Below, one piece after another: positions 8,256 to 18,090 of a DNA stretch of 24,000 nucleotides. The DNA lies in assembly GCA_963799555.1 (NCBI GenBank), contig CAWCXR010000015.1:321009-345008 (forward strand), in the 5' to 3' direction. Made by a program: the position numbers and the translations under genes. Under the pieces are notes generated by a model. It ran no database searches. It worked only from the letters and a program-made list of their open reading frames with translations, and was not told the origin of the DNA. Source of the stretch: an uncultured cyanobacterium (GTDB lineage: Bacteria > Cyanobacteriota > Cyanobacteriia > Phormidesmidales > Phormidesmidaceae). The stretch's first letter is position 1. Every line of letters starts with the position of its first letter.

Positions 8256-8420
8256 AGTCCACCTTTGCCTCAATGCCTATCAAAACCATATCGGGCCTTA
8301 GTATAGCGATCTTCTGCCTTAGGGATAGCAATGGAACAGTGTGCGACCTCCATACCAAAGAATCTGCCATAAACGGAAGAATAAGCCAGGCGTGGCAAGA
8401 CAAGCACGCTGAGCTGCTTA

Positions 8421-8969
8421 CTACGAAAGCTTTGCTCTTGCCATATAAAACGCGGCAATCGTCTTAGCATCCGTCGCTACACCGCTCAAGATTGCCTGCT
8501 CTAGCTCATCGGCGTCCATCAGTATAACTTCAAGGTCTTCGTCTTCTTCTAGCTTTGGCCCCTCCGGCAGTTTCTCTAGTTCCGTCGCCAGGTAGGCGTA
8601 GATAATCTCATCCGAGTATCCCGGCGCATTTGGAAACTGACTAAGCGTCTGCCACTTTCCTGCCCGATAGCCTGTTTCTTCTTCTATCTCTCGCTGAATA
8701 GTCGCGAGCGGTTCTTCCCCCACTTCCACCGTCCCAGCGGGGAACTCCAGCAGTCGGCCTTGCATAGCGAATCGATACTGACGAACAAGGACAAACTGCC
8801 CTGCTGCCGTCACTGGCACAGCCATTGAGCCCCCCGGATGACGAATCCACTCCCAGTCGCCGACAGATTGATTGGGCAGGCGAAACCGCGAGACTTCAAA
8901 GTTGAATTTTCTACCTTCGTAGAACAGGCGATGCTTAATCAGTTCTGGTGGTTCTTGCCCAAGCGTCAT
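8421..8969 (-). CDS. NUDIX hydrolase, ADP-ribose pyrophosphatase-like
   Basis: Nudix box GTVEVGEEPLATIQREIEEETGY (Gx5Ex7REUxEExGU), preceded by LVRQYR and EFPAG, as in NudF-type enzymes. Confidence 0.85.
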   Translation of the reverse strand: MTLGQEPPELIKHRLFYEGRKFNFEVSRFRLPNQSVGDWEWIRHPGGSMAVPVTAAGQFVLVRQYRFAMQGRLLEFPAGTVEVGEEPLATIQREIEEETGYRAGKWQTLSQFPNAPGYSDEIIYAYLATELEKLPEGPKLEEDEDLEVILMDADELEQAILSGVATDAKTIAAFYMARAKLS

Positions 8970-9023
8970 AATGGTTCAAAGCTGAAGGATAGATAGGTAG
9001 GATCATCTTAATACCTCAGTACC

Positions 9024-9575
9024 TCATACAGTTTGAGACTCGCAGCTGATTAGCTGCTCTACGCCCGTAAGTAAGCCTTGTTCAGCGAGCTGGCTAAAGA
9101 GCTGTTCGACAGTTTTATTGAAGACAGGGTGCGGCCACTGCGGGGCAACGTCCATGAGTGGAACCAAGACGAAAGGGCGCTCGTGCAGCCTGGGATGCGG
9201 CACGCTGAGCTGGGGCGCTTCGATGATGCGATCGCCATACAAAAGCAGATCCAAATCTAGCGACCTAGGCCCCCACTTTTCCTTTCGAACCCGGCCAAAC
9301 TGATTTTCGATCGTTAGCAGCCGATGCAGCAAGTCGCGAGGAGAAAGGCTAGTGCTAATCGTGATGCAGGCGTTGATATAGTCGGGCTGTGGGGGCCCGA
9401 CTGCGGCGGTTTTGTAAAAATGCGATCGCGCTACAACAGCAGTATGCGCAGCGCTGCCAATCACCTCAATTGCCGCCGACAGGATCTGCTTGGAATTCCC
9501 TAGATTGCCACCTAGGGCAATAGCCGCTGGTATCCAGAGAGTGCGATCGCTGTCGGGCTTAAACGAGTGGCTCAT
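9024..9575 (-). CDS. folK: 2-amino-4-hydroxy-6-hydroxymethyldihydropteridine diphosphokinase (HPPK)
   Basis: IALGGNLGNS, FYKTAAVGPPQPDYINA, WGPRSLDLDLLLYG and VPHPRLHERPFVLVPL are HPPK signature blocks. ATG at 9575. The ORF track begins at an upstream GTG (9590), which is also possible. Confidence 0.9.
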   Translation of the reverse strand: MSHSFKPDSDRTLWIPAAIALGGNLGNSKQILSAAIEVIGSAAHTAVVARSHFYKTAAVGPPQPDYINACITISTSLSPRDLLHRLLTIENQFGRVRKEKWGPRSLDLDLLLYGDRIIEAPQLSVPHPRLHERPFVLVPLMDVAPQWPHPVFNKTVEQLFSQLAEQGLLTGVEQLISCESQTV

Positions 9576-9658
9576 CAGGGTGGGAAACACAGTAAGGCAG
9601 CGGAGAGATGACTATCCCCCCACTTTCAACAGGCTAGAGTTTGATAGGCCAGAGATGC

Positions 9659-9988
9659 CTAAGCATCTCCACTGAGAACGCCTCTGACTCGGTTAATGAG
9701 CTGATCTGCGGTCAAGACACCCTCGATCCGATCTAAAGGCTGACCTCCCTTGAACAGTACTAACGTTGGCAGCGCGTGAATATTGTGCTGAGACGCAAGC
9801 TGAGGATACTTCTCAGTATCAATCTTAGCGATCTTGACCTCGCCCTTCATCTGCGCACCGACATCGACTAGAATCTTCGCCATCATCTGGCAGGGACCAC
9901 ACCAGTCTGCATAGAAATCAACTAAGACAGGCTGCTCAGCGCTACCTACTAAATCTTCAAAACTCTTGAATTCCTGTTTGACTGCCAT
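9659..9988 (-). CDS. Thioredoxin (WCGPC), resembling the cyanobacterial x-type
   Basis: From ATG 9988: MAVKQEFKSFEDLV...VLVDFYADWCGPCQMMA...LPTLVLFKGGQP, 109 aa. The 49-residue upstream extension in the ORF track is unlike any thioredoxin. Confidence 0.9.
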   Translation of the reverse strand: MAVKQEFKSFEDLVGSAEQPVLVDFYADWCGPCQMMAKILVDVGAQMKGEVKIAKIDTEKYPQLASQHNIHALPTLVLFKGGQPLDRIEGVLTADQLINRVRGVLSGDA

Positions 9989-10209
9989 AGACTTTAAAAA
10001 ATGGGAAAAGAACTTCTCTATGCTAAATGCTACTTTAGCGGCTGTGTCTTTGTAACGAAATAATTTAAGACACCGCGAATACGTGAGTACTGCTCGAAAA
10101 ATTTTCGGCTGACAACAATTTGAAATTGGAGTCAACTAAGAGCCTTCAAGACCGATTGCCTCGCTTGCGCTGAAAAGCTTACAGTGATTGGGCTAAATAC
10201 ACACATTAA

Positions 10210-10977
<768 letters not shown>

Positions 10978-10981
10978 CCCT

Positions 10982-12172
10982 CTACCCTTTGCTCATGGCT
11001 GCTCTGACGGCGGCTCTCTGGTCGCGGCGGGTGATCCAGCGGTGGTAGGTGCGGTTGTGGACAGCGACGGAGTGGCCCATCATCCGAGCGGAGACGGTGT
11101 CGGGGAGGCCGACGCCGACGGTGCGAATGGCCCAGGCGTGGCGCAGGTCGTAGGGTGAGAATGGGATGTCGTAGCGTTTGAACTGTTTGGAAACTAGCTG
11201 GCCGACGAGCTGGAGCGTGGTGGTGTTTAGGTCTGTGTTGACCTTTGGTAGTCGGATGTCGCGCAGGTTAAAGGCGTCTACCCATTCGAGGTGGAAGGGC
11301 CAAACGTCGTGCTGTCCGGTTTTGGTCGATTCGAGCACTTCGATGGCGGCTTCTTCGTCACCGCTAGCTAGCAGGCTGTAGTCGCTGAAGAAGACTTCGT
11401 GGTTGCGCAGGCCGTAGGTGGCCATGACGCCGTAGACAAACTGCCAGGTGGGATTTTTGATCTTGCCGTAGATGCTGAGAATTTCGGCGTCGGTGGGAAG
11501 CTGACGCAGCTGGGTTTTGCTGTTGCCGTAGTTGCCCCAGTAGGCTTTGAGCTCGGTGGGGAGAGGGATGTTGAGGAAGGTGGCTAGGGTGTCTAGGGCC
11601 GTGCAGCAGATCTGACGGCTGCGGGAGTTGGGTTTTGTACTTTGGACGGTAGCGTAGATAGCTTCGGGTAGGGAGTAGCTGGGGTGCCGGGCGGCGATCG
11701 CCTGAAGCTTGTTGAGGTAGGGCACGTAGGCTTTTGCCCAGGTGGTACGAAGCGAGGAGGGTTTGGCGGTGTGCGATCGCGCCTGAAAAAAGTAGACCTC
11801 GAAGGCGGCAATTTGGGTAGCAAGGTCTGCGCCTGTGCGTTTCAACCCGGCGATGGGACCGAGGTAGTCTTGCCAGCTGAAGGTGTTTTCGATCAGCTGA
11901 GCGGCGATGACTTTAGCTGTCCTTTCGATCTGCTTGAGTCCCGCTCTAGTGGCAGGCAGCCCGAGCGGAACGCGCTGCTGGTAGGCTCGGAGCTTGGGAC
12001 TGTCTGGGCGGGGGGGAAGGGTGCCACGCAGGCTAAGCCTGTCGCCACGCCGCTCAATTTTGAGGCCAAGCTGGGCTGCTTTCAACCTTTGGTTGACCTG
12101 AGTGAGCGGTGCATCTATCGGGTGTAGCGCTGTTTCTGTGGCAATTTCCGCTGAAGGGAATGTTTCAGTCAT
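10982..12172 (-). CDS. Tyrosine recombinase / phage-type site-specific integrase
   Basis: 396 aa. The C-terminal catalytic region has ATYGLRNHE (Arg I), [10 protein letters not shown] (box II Arg), MMGHS, and the nucleophile Tyr in NRTYHRW. It is intact with an ATG start. Codon usage is strongly NNC-biased. Confidence 0.85.
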   Translation of the reverse strand: MTETFPSAEIATETALHPIDAPLTQVNQRLKAAQLGLKIERRGDRLSLRGTLPPRPDSPKLRAYQQRVPLGLPATRAGLKQIERTAKVIAAQLIENTFSWQDYLGPIAGLKRTGADLATQIAAFEVYFFQARSHTAKPSSLRTTWAKAYVPYLNKLQAIAARHPSYSLPEAIYATVQSTKPNSRSRQICCTALDTLATFLNIPLPTELKAYWGNYGNSKTQLRQLPTDAEILSIYGKIKNPTWQFVYGVMATYGLRNHEVFFSDYSLLASGDEEAAIEVLESTKTGQHDVWPFHLEWVDAFNLRDIRLPKVNTDLNTTTLQLVGQLVSKQFKRYDIPFSPYDLRHAWAIRTVGVGLPDTVSARMMGHSVAVHNRTYHRWITRRDQRAAVRAAMSKG

Positions 12173-12236
12173 AACGTTAGTTGTTACGATAGGCAGAGAT
12201 CATTTAAACATTAAGCGTCAGAGTACGCGATTCACT

Positions 12237-13400
12237 ATGAGCCGTGTGGGAGTTTTGCTACTGAATTTGGGTGGACCAGAGAAGCCGGAGGACGTGCAGC
12301 CCTTTCTGTTTAATCTGTTTTCAGACCCTGAGATCATCCGAATTCCATTTCCCATTTTGCAGAAACCGCTAGCCTGGTTTATTTCTAGTCGGCGGGCGAA
12401 GACTTCACAGGAAAACTATCAGCAAATTGGCGGTGGTTCTCCGCTACGGCGCATTACCGAAGAGCAGGGATCGGCGCTGAAAGAGGCGCTAAAAGAAAAG
12501 GGCAAAGATGCGGAAGTGTATGTAGGGATGCGCTACTGGCATCCGTTCACAGAGGAGGCGATCGCTCGCGTCAAAAGAGACGGAATTGAACAGCTCGTTG
12601 TCTTACCCCTCTATCCGCAGTATTCCATCAGCACCAGCGGCTCTAGCTTTCGTCTATTAGAACAGCTCTGGCAAGAAGATCTGTCGCTTGCCCCAATTGA
12701 CTATACCCTGATTGAATCTTGGTACGCTCGGCCTGGCTATGTGAATGCAATGGTCGATTTGATTCGTACAGAGCTAGACAAATTACAGAATCCTAACGAG
12801 GCCCACATCTTCTTCAGCGCCCACGGCGTACCAGTGAGCTATGTAGAAGAGTTTGGCGATCCATATCAAAAAGAGATTGAGCACTGTACTGATTTGATCA
12901 TGCAGGCTCTAGGTCGGCCTAACAATCATACGCTGGCGTACCAAAGCCGGGTAGGTCCGATCGAGTGGCTACAGCCCTATACTGAGGACGCAATTGAAAA
13001 CCTGGCGCACAGGGGCGTCAAAGACCTGGTCGTAGTCCCAATTAGCTTTGTCTCTGAGCATATCGAGACGCTACAGGAAATCGATATCGAGTATCGCGAA
13101 ATAGCTGAAGAGCAGGGAATCGAAGGCTTTCACCGGGTGCCTGCGCTAGATACGTATCCGCGTTTTATTGCTGATTTGGCGGATATGGTTGAGGAAGCTT
13201 TGGTGGGCAAGCCAGTGCATTTTTCTGACTTGGTGAAGCCAGAGAAGAAGGTGCGAATCTATCCGCAAGATAAGTCTGCTTGGGGGATGACGCCAGTGGC
13301 CGAGGTGTGGAATGGACGGCTAGCGATGCTAGGATTTCTAGCGCTGCTAGCAGAGATTGTAACCGGACAGGGGCCTTTACATCTGATTGGCTTGCTGTAG
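12237..13400 (+). CDS. hemH: Ferrochelatase with a C-terminal CAB/Hlip-type chlorophyll-binding helix
   Basis: From ATG 12237: [54 protein letters not shown] and [10 protein letters not shown]. The C-terminal [22 protein letters not shown] is the CAB motif known for cyanobacterial ferrochelatases. The ORF-track extension back to 12102 overlaps the integrase start and is rejected. Confidence 0.95.
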   Translation: MSRVGVLLLNLGGPEKPEDVQPFLFNLFSDPEIIRIPFPILQKPLAWFISSRRAKTSQENYQQIGGGSPLRRITEEQGSALKEALKEKGKDAEVYVGMRYWHPFTEEAIARVKRDGIEQLVVLPLYPQYSISTSGSSFRLLEQLWQEDLSLAPIDYTLIESWYARPGYVNAMVDLIRTELDKLQNPNEAHIFFSAHGVPVSYVEEFGDPYQKEIEHCTDLIMQALGRPNNHTLAYQSRVGPIEWLQPYTEDAIENLAHRGVKDLVVVPISFVSEHIETLQEIDIEYREIAEEQGIEGFHRVPALDTYPRFIADLADMVEEALVGKPVHFSDLVKPEKKVRIYPQDKSAWGMTPVAEVWNGRLAMLGFLALLAEIVTGQGPLHLIGLL

Positions 13401-13450
13401 TTCGGTTGCTGTAGTTGCTAACATTTCATTAGTGTTTTTGTTGGCTTTCT

Positions 13451-14026
13451 ATGGTTGGTAAGTTTCGGCGACAGATCCAGATTTTGCTCAGCGTTGTTGT
13501 CTTGCTGTGGGCGGTAGAGATTGTCGATCAGCTGATCTTTCGGGGGGCGCTGAACAATCTAGGGATTCGTCCGCGATCGCTTCCCGGCCTCTTTGGCATT
13601 TTCTTTGCTCCCTTCTTGCACGGCGACTTTGGACATCTAGTAGCCAATACGGTGCCGCTGGTGAGCTTGGGCTGGCTGATCATGCTGCGAAATACTGAAG
13701 ATTTCTTTTGGGTAAGCATAATTTCAGCGCTAGTTAGCGGTCTTGGCACCTGGCTGGTTGGCTCTCCCGCTACTCATATTGGTGCGAGTGGCGTTGTTTT
13801 CGGCTACTTTGGCTTTTTACTGCTGCGCGGCTATTTTGAGCGGAGCGCTACGGCGATCGCATTCTCTATCTTGGTTGCGGTCCTATACGGCAGCATCCTT
13901 TGGGGCGTATTGCCGACTCAACCTGGCGTCTCCTGGGAAGGTCATCTGTTTGGCTTCATCGGCGGCGTCCTGGCAGCCAAACTGTTAGCAAAGCCTAGAC
14001 AGATCTCAAGCGATTTTGAGATTTAG
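13451..14026 (+). CDS. Rhomboid-family intramembrane serine protease
   Basis: 191 aa with six hydrophobic segments. HGDFGHLVANT (HxxxN), GASGVVFG (the GxSG catalytic Ser) and GHLFGFIGG (the catalytic His). Confidence 0.8.
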   Translation: MVGKFRRQIQILLSVVVLLWAVEIVDQLIFRGALNNLGIRPRSLPGLFGIFFAPFLHGDFGHLVANTVPLVSLGWLIMLRNTEDFFWVSIISALVSGLGTWLVGSPATHIGASGVVFGYFGFLLLRGYFERSATAIAFSILVAVLYGSILWGVLPTQPGVSWEGHLFGFIGGVLAAKLLAKPRQISSDFEI

Positions 14027-14092
14027 ACGATTTCAAGGCCTGGTGCGAGACTTCTTGAAGTGGAACCTGCTCATGCAGGCTATGGCCTCTGG

Positions 14093-15196
14093 TCATGCGC
14101 CTACGCTACCAGCAAAAGCCGCTGACACCGCATCCGTCAGGTAATTCGCTGCGGCACCTACAGCCGCCACCGCGTTCTCATACAGCATTCTAGTAGGCCC
14201 CAACACGCCCAAACTACCTGTTGGTCCCGGCGCCCGGCCATACTGGGTGGCTACTAGCGCACAAGAACGCATTGGCTCTAGCGGATTTTCAGCGCCAATC
14301 CAAATTCTGATTCCCTGCTGAGTCGATAGCGAATCTCCGGGCTTTTCGCTTAGCAGCATGGGATCGCTAATCAAAGGCCACAGCTGATCTCGACCGTCCT
14401 CTAGCAGCTGGACGATGCTGCGAATCTGCTCACGCTCGGCAAATTCCGGCTGGTCTAATGCCTCGGCGACGCCACTAATTAAAATCTGAGTAGTTGGCAG
14501 CGTGCGCGATTTTCTAGAGAGATCTGCGATCGCCTGCTGCAGTACTGCCGTATATCCCTGAAACAACTGGCCTAAATCCGACCAGTCCAATTCCGCATCA
14601 TGCAGCGAGCGTCCCCTCAACTGCTCTGTCAAAAAGTTAGAAAGCATCTGTAGCTCTGCATCGATATCTTCGTGCTCGCCAGCAATGGGTAGCAGGATCG
14701 AGTGATTGTTGTAAATATCTATAACGATTAAAAGGACATGGCTTTCGCTAACAGGCACTAGCTTGAGCTGCTTGATAACAGACGCATCTACATGCGGCAG
14801 GGTCACCAGCGCAATATGACCACTCAAGCGAGAGAGCACCTGAGCAGACTCCTTCAACAACGCTTCCATTGTCTGACTATCCCAATCCAGCTGGCTCCAA
14901 TCCAATCTGCTGCTGAGCGTTGTTTCCATCTGACGAGTCAGCGGCTCTGATAGCATCATCAGCTTATCTACATACATGCGATAGCCGGAATCGGAAGGAA
15001 TTCGGCCCGCAGACGTATGCGGCTGATACAGTAGTCCTGACCCTTCTAAAGCGCTCATCACATTGCGGATGGTCGCCGAACTCACCTGTAAGTCATACCC
15101 TTTTGCCAAAGACTTGGAACCCACAGGTTCTGCTGTGTTCACATAGTGACGCACCGTAGCACGAAGAATATTTTGCTGCCTAGAATTGAGCTTCAT
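14093..15196 (-). CDS. hrcA: Heat-inducible transcription repressor HrcA
   Basis: N-terminal winged helix: RQQNILRATVRHYVNTAEPVGSKSLAKGYDLQVSSATIRNVMSALEGSGLLYQPHTSAGRIPSDSGYRMYVD. 367 aa. Confidence 0.9.
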   Translation of the reverse strand: MKLNSRQQNILRATVRHYVNTAEPVGSKSLAKGYDLQVSSATIRNVMSALEGSGLLYQPHTSAGRIPSDSGYRMYVDKLMMLSEPLTRQMETTLSSRLDWSQLDWDSQTMEALLKESAQVLSRLSGHIALVTLPHVDASVIKQLKLVPVSESHVLLIVIDIYNNHSILLPIAGEHEDIDAELQMLSNFLTEQLRGRSLHDAELDWSDLGQLFQGYTAVLQQAIADLSRKSRTLPTTQILISGVAEALDQPEFAEREQIRSIVQLLEDGRDQLWPLISDPMLLSEKPGDSLSTQQGIRIWIGAENPLEPMRSCALVATQYGRAPGPTGSLGVLGPTRMLYENAVAAVGAAANYLTDAVSAAFAGSVGA

Positions 15197-15486
15197 AAAT
15201 CTACGGTGCCATTCTGGGGTGTCATCCTGGTAGAACGCTTCGCGGCCAGTATCTCTAAAGCATAGAGGATCGCTTCGGACTCTTGCCGTTCGCTATGCGC
15301 ATTTTCTGTAAGGTTTGTCGTTTGCGATCCCCAATTTTGATAAGGATGGCTTCAACCGAACAGCCGATCTGCGGTAATCACCCCAATACCTGGTAAATTC
15401 AGAGAGTCACCGCGATAGTTTTTGGTTTTAGCTGTAGCTGCGTTTTTCCCTTCACTGGACTCCTGAGTTGTCAGGTTACGCCACCC

Positions 15487-16560
15487 ATGTCTGATCTTCC
15501 CTTCACTCTTGACCAGCTTCGTATCCTCAAAGCGATCGCCGCTGAGGGGAGCTTCAAGCGTGCCGCTGACAGCCTGTATGTCTCTCAGCCTGCCGTTAGC
15601 TTACAGGTGCAAAACCTGGAGCGGCAGCTAGATGTACCGCTGTTCGATCGCGGTGGAAGAAGAGCGCAGCTGACCGAAGCGGGACATCTGCTGTTGGAAT
15701 ATGGCGATCGCATCCTCAGTCTGTGTCAAGAAACCTGCCGCGCCATCGAAGACCTACAAAATTTACAGGGCGGGACGTTAATCATCGGCGCTAGCCAAAC
15801 TACGGGCACCTATCTGTTGCCCCGCATGATTGGCCAATTTCGCCAGCGATATCCAGAAGTTGCTGTTCAGTTACACGTACACTCCACCCGTCGCACCTCT
15901 TGGAGTGTTGCCAACGGCCAGATTGATCTAGCCATTATCGGCGGCGAAGTGCCTCCGGAGCTACAGGACTCCTTAGAGATCGCCTCCTATGCAGAAGATG
16001 AGCTAGCGCTAATCATGCCAGTTTTTCACCCCCTGGCAACCAATGAGATGATTGCCCGCAACGACCTTTACAAGCTGAAGTTCATCACGCTAGATTCTCA
16101 ATCCACTATTCGTAAAGTGATTGATCAGGTGCTGACACGCAGCGGTATCGAAACCCGCCGGCTGCGCATAGAAATGGAGCTAAACACAATAGAAGCTATT
16201 AAAAATGCCGTGCAGTCTGGGCTAGGCGTTGCTTTTGTCTCTACGTCTGCGATCGAGAAAGAGCTACAGATGGGCGTAATCCACCGAGCGAGGATTGAAT
16301 CTGTCGAGGTCAAGCGGACGCTTTCGGTCATCTTCAATCCCAATCGCTATCGGTCGAAAGCAGCAGAGGCTTTCACCAAAGAAATCCTGCCGCAGTTCAC
16401 CAACCGAGCGCTGGAGTTTAAGAAGGCCAACATTAAATCTAATGGCAAAGTCAACGGTAAGACTAGCCCAGACGAAAAATCCGTAGAGTCTTCACCAGAG
16501 ACATCTGCTACAGTGCCTGATAAGGCCAAAGCCGCAGTCGATGCCGAGGCTGGTCGTTAG
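15487..16560 (+). CDS. rbcR: LysR-type transcriptional regulator, RbcR/Ycf30 type
   Basis: [66 protein letters not shown] is near-identical to the cyanobacterial/plastid RbcR (Ycf30) N-terminus as I recall it. It carries an additional low-complexity C-terminal tail of about 45 aa. Confidence 0.85.
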   Translation: MSDLPFTLDQLRILKAIAAEGSFKRAADSLYVSQPAVSLQVQNLERQLDVPLFDRGGRRAQLTEAGHLLLEYGDRILSLCQETCRAIEDLQNLQGGTLIIGASQTTGTYLLPRMIGQFRQRYPEVAVQLHVHSTRRTSWSVANGQIDLAIIGGEVPPELQDSLEIASYAEDELALIMPVFHPLATNEMIARNDLYKLKFITLDSQSTIRKVIDQVLTRSGIETRRLRIEMELNTIEAIKNAVQSGLGVAFVSTSAIEKELQMGVIHRARIESVEVKRTLSVIFNPNRYRSKAAEAFTKEILPQFTNRALEFKKANIKSNGKVNGKTSPDEKSVESSPETSATVPDKAKAAVDAEAGR

Positions 16561-16588
16561 TGGCCTGGAGTTTCTTGTAACTTCCCTT

Positions 16589-18070
16589 ATGCAACTGCAC
16601 TGCACTCGCCCAAAATGCCCGTCTCCAATCAATCATTTCTCTGATCTCGACAATCCCAATCTACCGCATCCCCTAGCTCAAAAGTATTGCAGCGCCTGTC
16701 GTATGGAGCTGATTTTGCGTGGTCGCTATCTGCCAGTGAGTCTGCTAGGAAAGGGTGGATTTGGCACTGCTTTTTTGGCCCGCGATTTTGATTCGCCAAC
16801 GCAACGCCGCTGTGTGGTAAAGCTGTTTCAGCCGCCGGTTACGCTAACGCCACCGCAGCTAGCGACTGCGCAGAGGCTGTTTAACCAAGAAGCAATCGTG
16901 CTAGAGCGTTTAGGCTTGCAGCATTCCAAAATTCCAAATCTGTATGCCTACTTTCCGCTGCTAGTGAAAAATCCGCTGAATAATCAGTCAGAGGAGCTGT
17001 TTTATCTAGTTCAAGAGTATGTTGACGGTGATGATTTAGAGAAGCTGCTCGATCGCCAGGGCAAGTTTTCCGAACCCGATATCAGGCAAGTGCTGACAGC
17101 AATGCTTGATGTGCTGGACTTTGTCCATAACAACGGGGCGATTCACCGCGATGTCAAACCCTCTAACATTATTCGAGGTAGCGACGGCAAGCTGTCTCTG
17201 CTGGATTTTGGTGCGGTAAAGGAAGTGACTGCGCCGACGATAGGACAGCGGGGCCCAACAACGATTTGCTCGCCCGAGTTCGCGCCGCCAGAGCAGATTA
17301 TGAATGGCTCGGTCGACCAGACGTCTGACCTGTATGCGCTAGCGGCTACCTGCGTGGTGCTGCTGACTAGCAAGGAGTCGAATCAGCTGCGCGATAGTGC
17401 GTCGAACCGCTGGAACTGGCAATCTTATGCGCAGGTATCTACGGGGTTGGCACAGGTGCTAAATCGGATGCTACAGCCTAATCCCAGCGATCGTTTTCCA
17501 ACGGCAGCAGCGGTGATAGAGGCGCTGGCTAAAAGCGGACAGTCAACGGTGAGCCGACAGGGCATATCGGCCGTCGGTTCGCCTTCTCGACCCGCAGCTT
17601 CAAGTTCCTCGTACTCATCCCAGTCCGGCGCTGGCAGCCCACCTGCTAGTCCGGCTGCCAGAGTAGTTCGGCAATCGCCGCCAGTTTCGGCTCCTGCTGG
17701 TGCGCCGACCCAGCCACTGTCTCTACCTCGGTTCTTAGGGAATGCGGCGTTTGCGGGTGTGGAAGGAGGGCTGCTTGCGATCGCATGCCTGAGCACCTTA
17801 GGAACGACTTTAGTTGGCGGTGGCGCATGGCTAGCAATGTTGGTAGTGTTGATTGCGCTTCAGCTTCGACGAGTAATCGAAGGGACAGATTTGCTCATCA
17901 TCGCTGGACTCACCCTAGCAATCGTTATTTTCTTCAGGCCGCTGCATTCTATCTTGCCAGGGAGTAGCTGGGTGCCAATTGCGGTGGTGGCGCTGATGGC
18001 TGGCGGGGCAATGATGGTGGTTGCAATCATCTTTCGGCTAATTTACAGCTTGCTATCCCGTATTATGTAG
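16589..18070 (+). CDS. Hanks-type Ser/Thr protein kinase with an N-terminal 4-Cys prefix and C-terminal TM helices
   Basis: N-terminal Cx4C...Cx2C (HCTRPKCP, YCSACRM). Kinase motifs: G-loop GKGGFGTAF, VVK Lys, HRDVKPSN, DFG, and SPEFAPPE. A Ser/Pro/Ala-rich linker is followed by about four hydrophobic helices. An alternative in-frame ATG at 16541 would overlap rbcR by 20 nt. Confidence 0.85.
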   Translation: MQLHCTRPKCPSPINHFSDLDNPNLPHPLAQKYCSACRMELILRGRYLPVSLLGKGGFGTAFLARDFDSPTQRRCVVKLFQPPVTLTPPQLATAQRLFNQEAIVLERLGLQHSKIPNLYAYFPLLVKNPLNNQSEELFYLVQEYVDGDDLEKLLDRQGKFSEPDIRQVLTAMLDVLDFVHNNGAIHRDVKPSNIIRGSDGKLSLLDFGAVKEVTAPTIGQRGPTTICSPEFAPPEQIMNGSVDQTSDLYALAATCVVLLTSKESNQLRDSASNRWNWQSYAQVSTGLAQVLNRMLQPNPSDRFPTAAAVIEALAKSGQSTVSRQGISAVGSPSRPAASSSSYSSQSGAGSPPASPAARVVRQSPPVSAPAGAPTQPLSLPRFLGNAAFAGVEGGLLAIACLSTLGTTLVGGGAWLAMLVVLIALQLRRVIEGTDLLIIAGLTLAIVIFFRPLHSILPGSSWVPIAVVALMAGGAMMVVAIIFRLIYSLLSRIM

Positions 18071-18090
18071 CTAGCGTAGCGAATAGTCAT

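Noticed and set aside
8270-8470. A pair of mutually antisense 64-66 aa ORFs across the phr/Nudix intergenic region
   Set aside because: They overlap the Nudix 3' end, have no start context or motifs, and mirror each other, which is typical of chance ORFs.
6813-9590. The idea that folK, Nudix and photolyase form a folate-antenna supply module
   Set aside because: The Nudix protein carries ADP-ribose pyrophosphatase-type motifs (VRQYR, EFPAG) rather than looking like a dihydroneopterin-triphosphate pyrophosphatase. The photolyase most resembles the deazaflavin-type Synechococcus enzyme. Intergenic gaps of 54-165 nt allow independent promoters.
9989-10135. An upstream extension of the thioredoxin ORF
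   Set aside because: The extra 49 residues have no thioredoxin similarity. ATG 9988 gives a standard 109-aa thioredoxin.
11399-12127. Plus-strand ORFs of 62, 76 (minus strand, other frame) and 147 aa inside the integrase gene
   Set aside because: They lie antisense or out of frame within a well-supported integrase CDS. Their Gly/Arg/Pro-rich translations are what an NNC-biased, high-GC gene produces on the opposite strand.
12102-12236. A 45-codon N-terminal extension of the hemH ORF that overlaps the integrase start
   Set aside because: The ferrochelatase homology begins exactly at ATG 12237 ([15 protein letters not shown]). The extension is unlike any ferrochelatase and overlaps the divergent gene.
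15295-15396. A 33-codon Cys-containing ORF (MRIFCKVCRLRS...) in the hrcA/rbcR intergenic region
   Set aside because: It has no Shine-Dalgarno sequence and no recognisable family, and it lies in a divergent promoter region where short chance ORFs are expected.
15197-15486. A search for a CIRCE operator (TTAGCACTC-N9-GAGTGCTAA) upstream of hrcA
   Set aside because: No match or near match was found. A weak inverted repeat TCTCT-N7-AGAG near 15252-15267 is too short to call.
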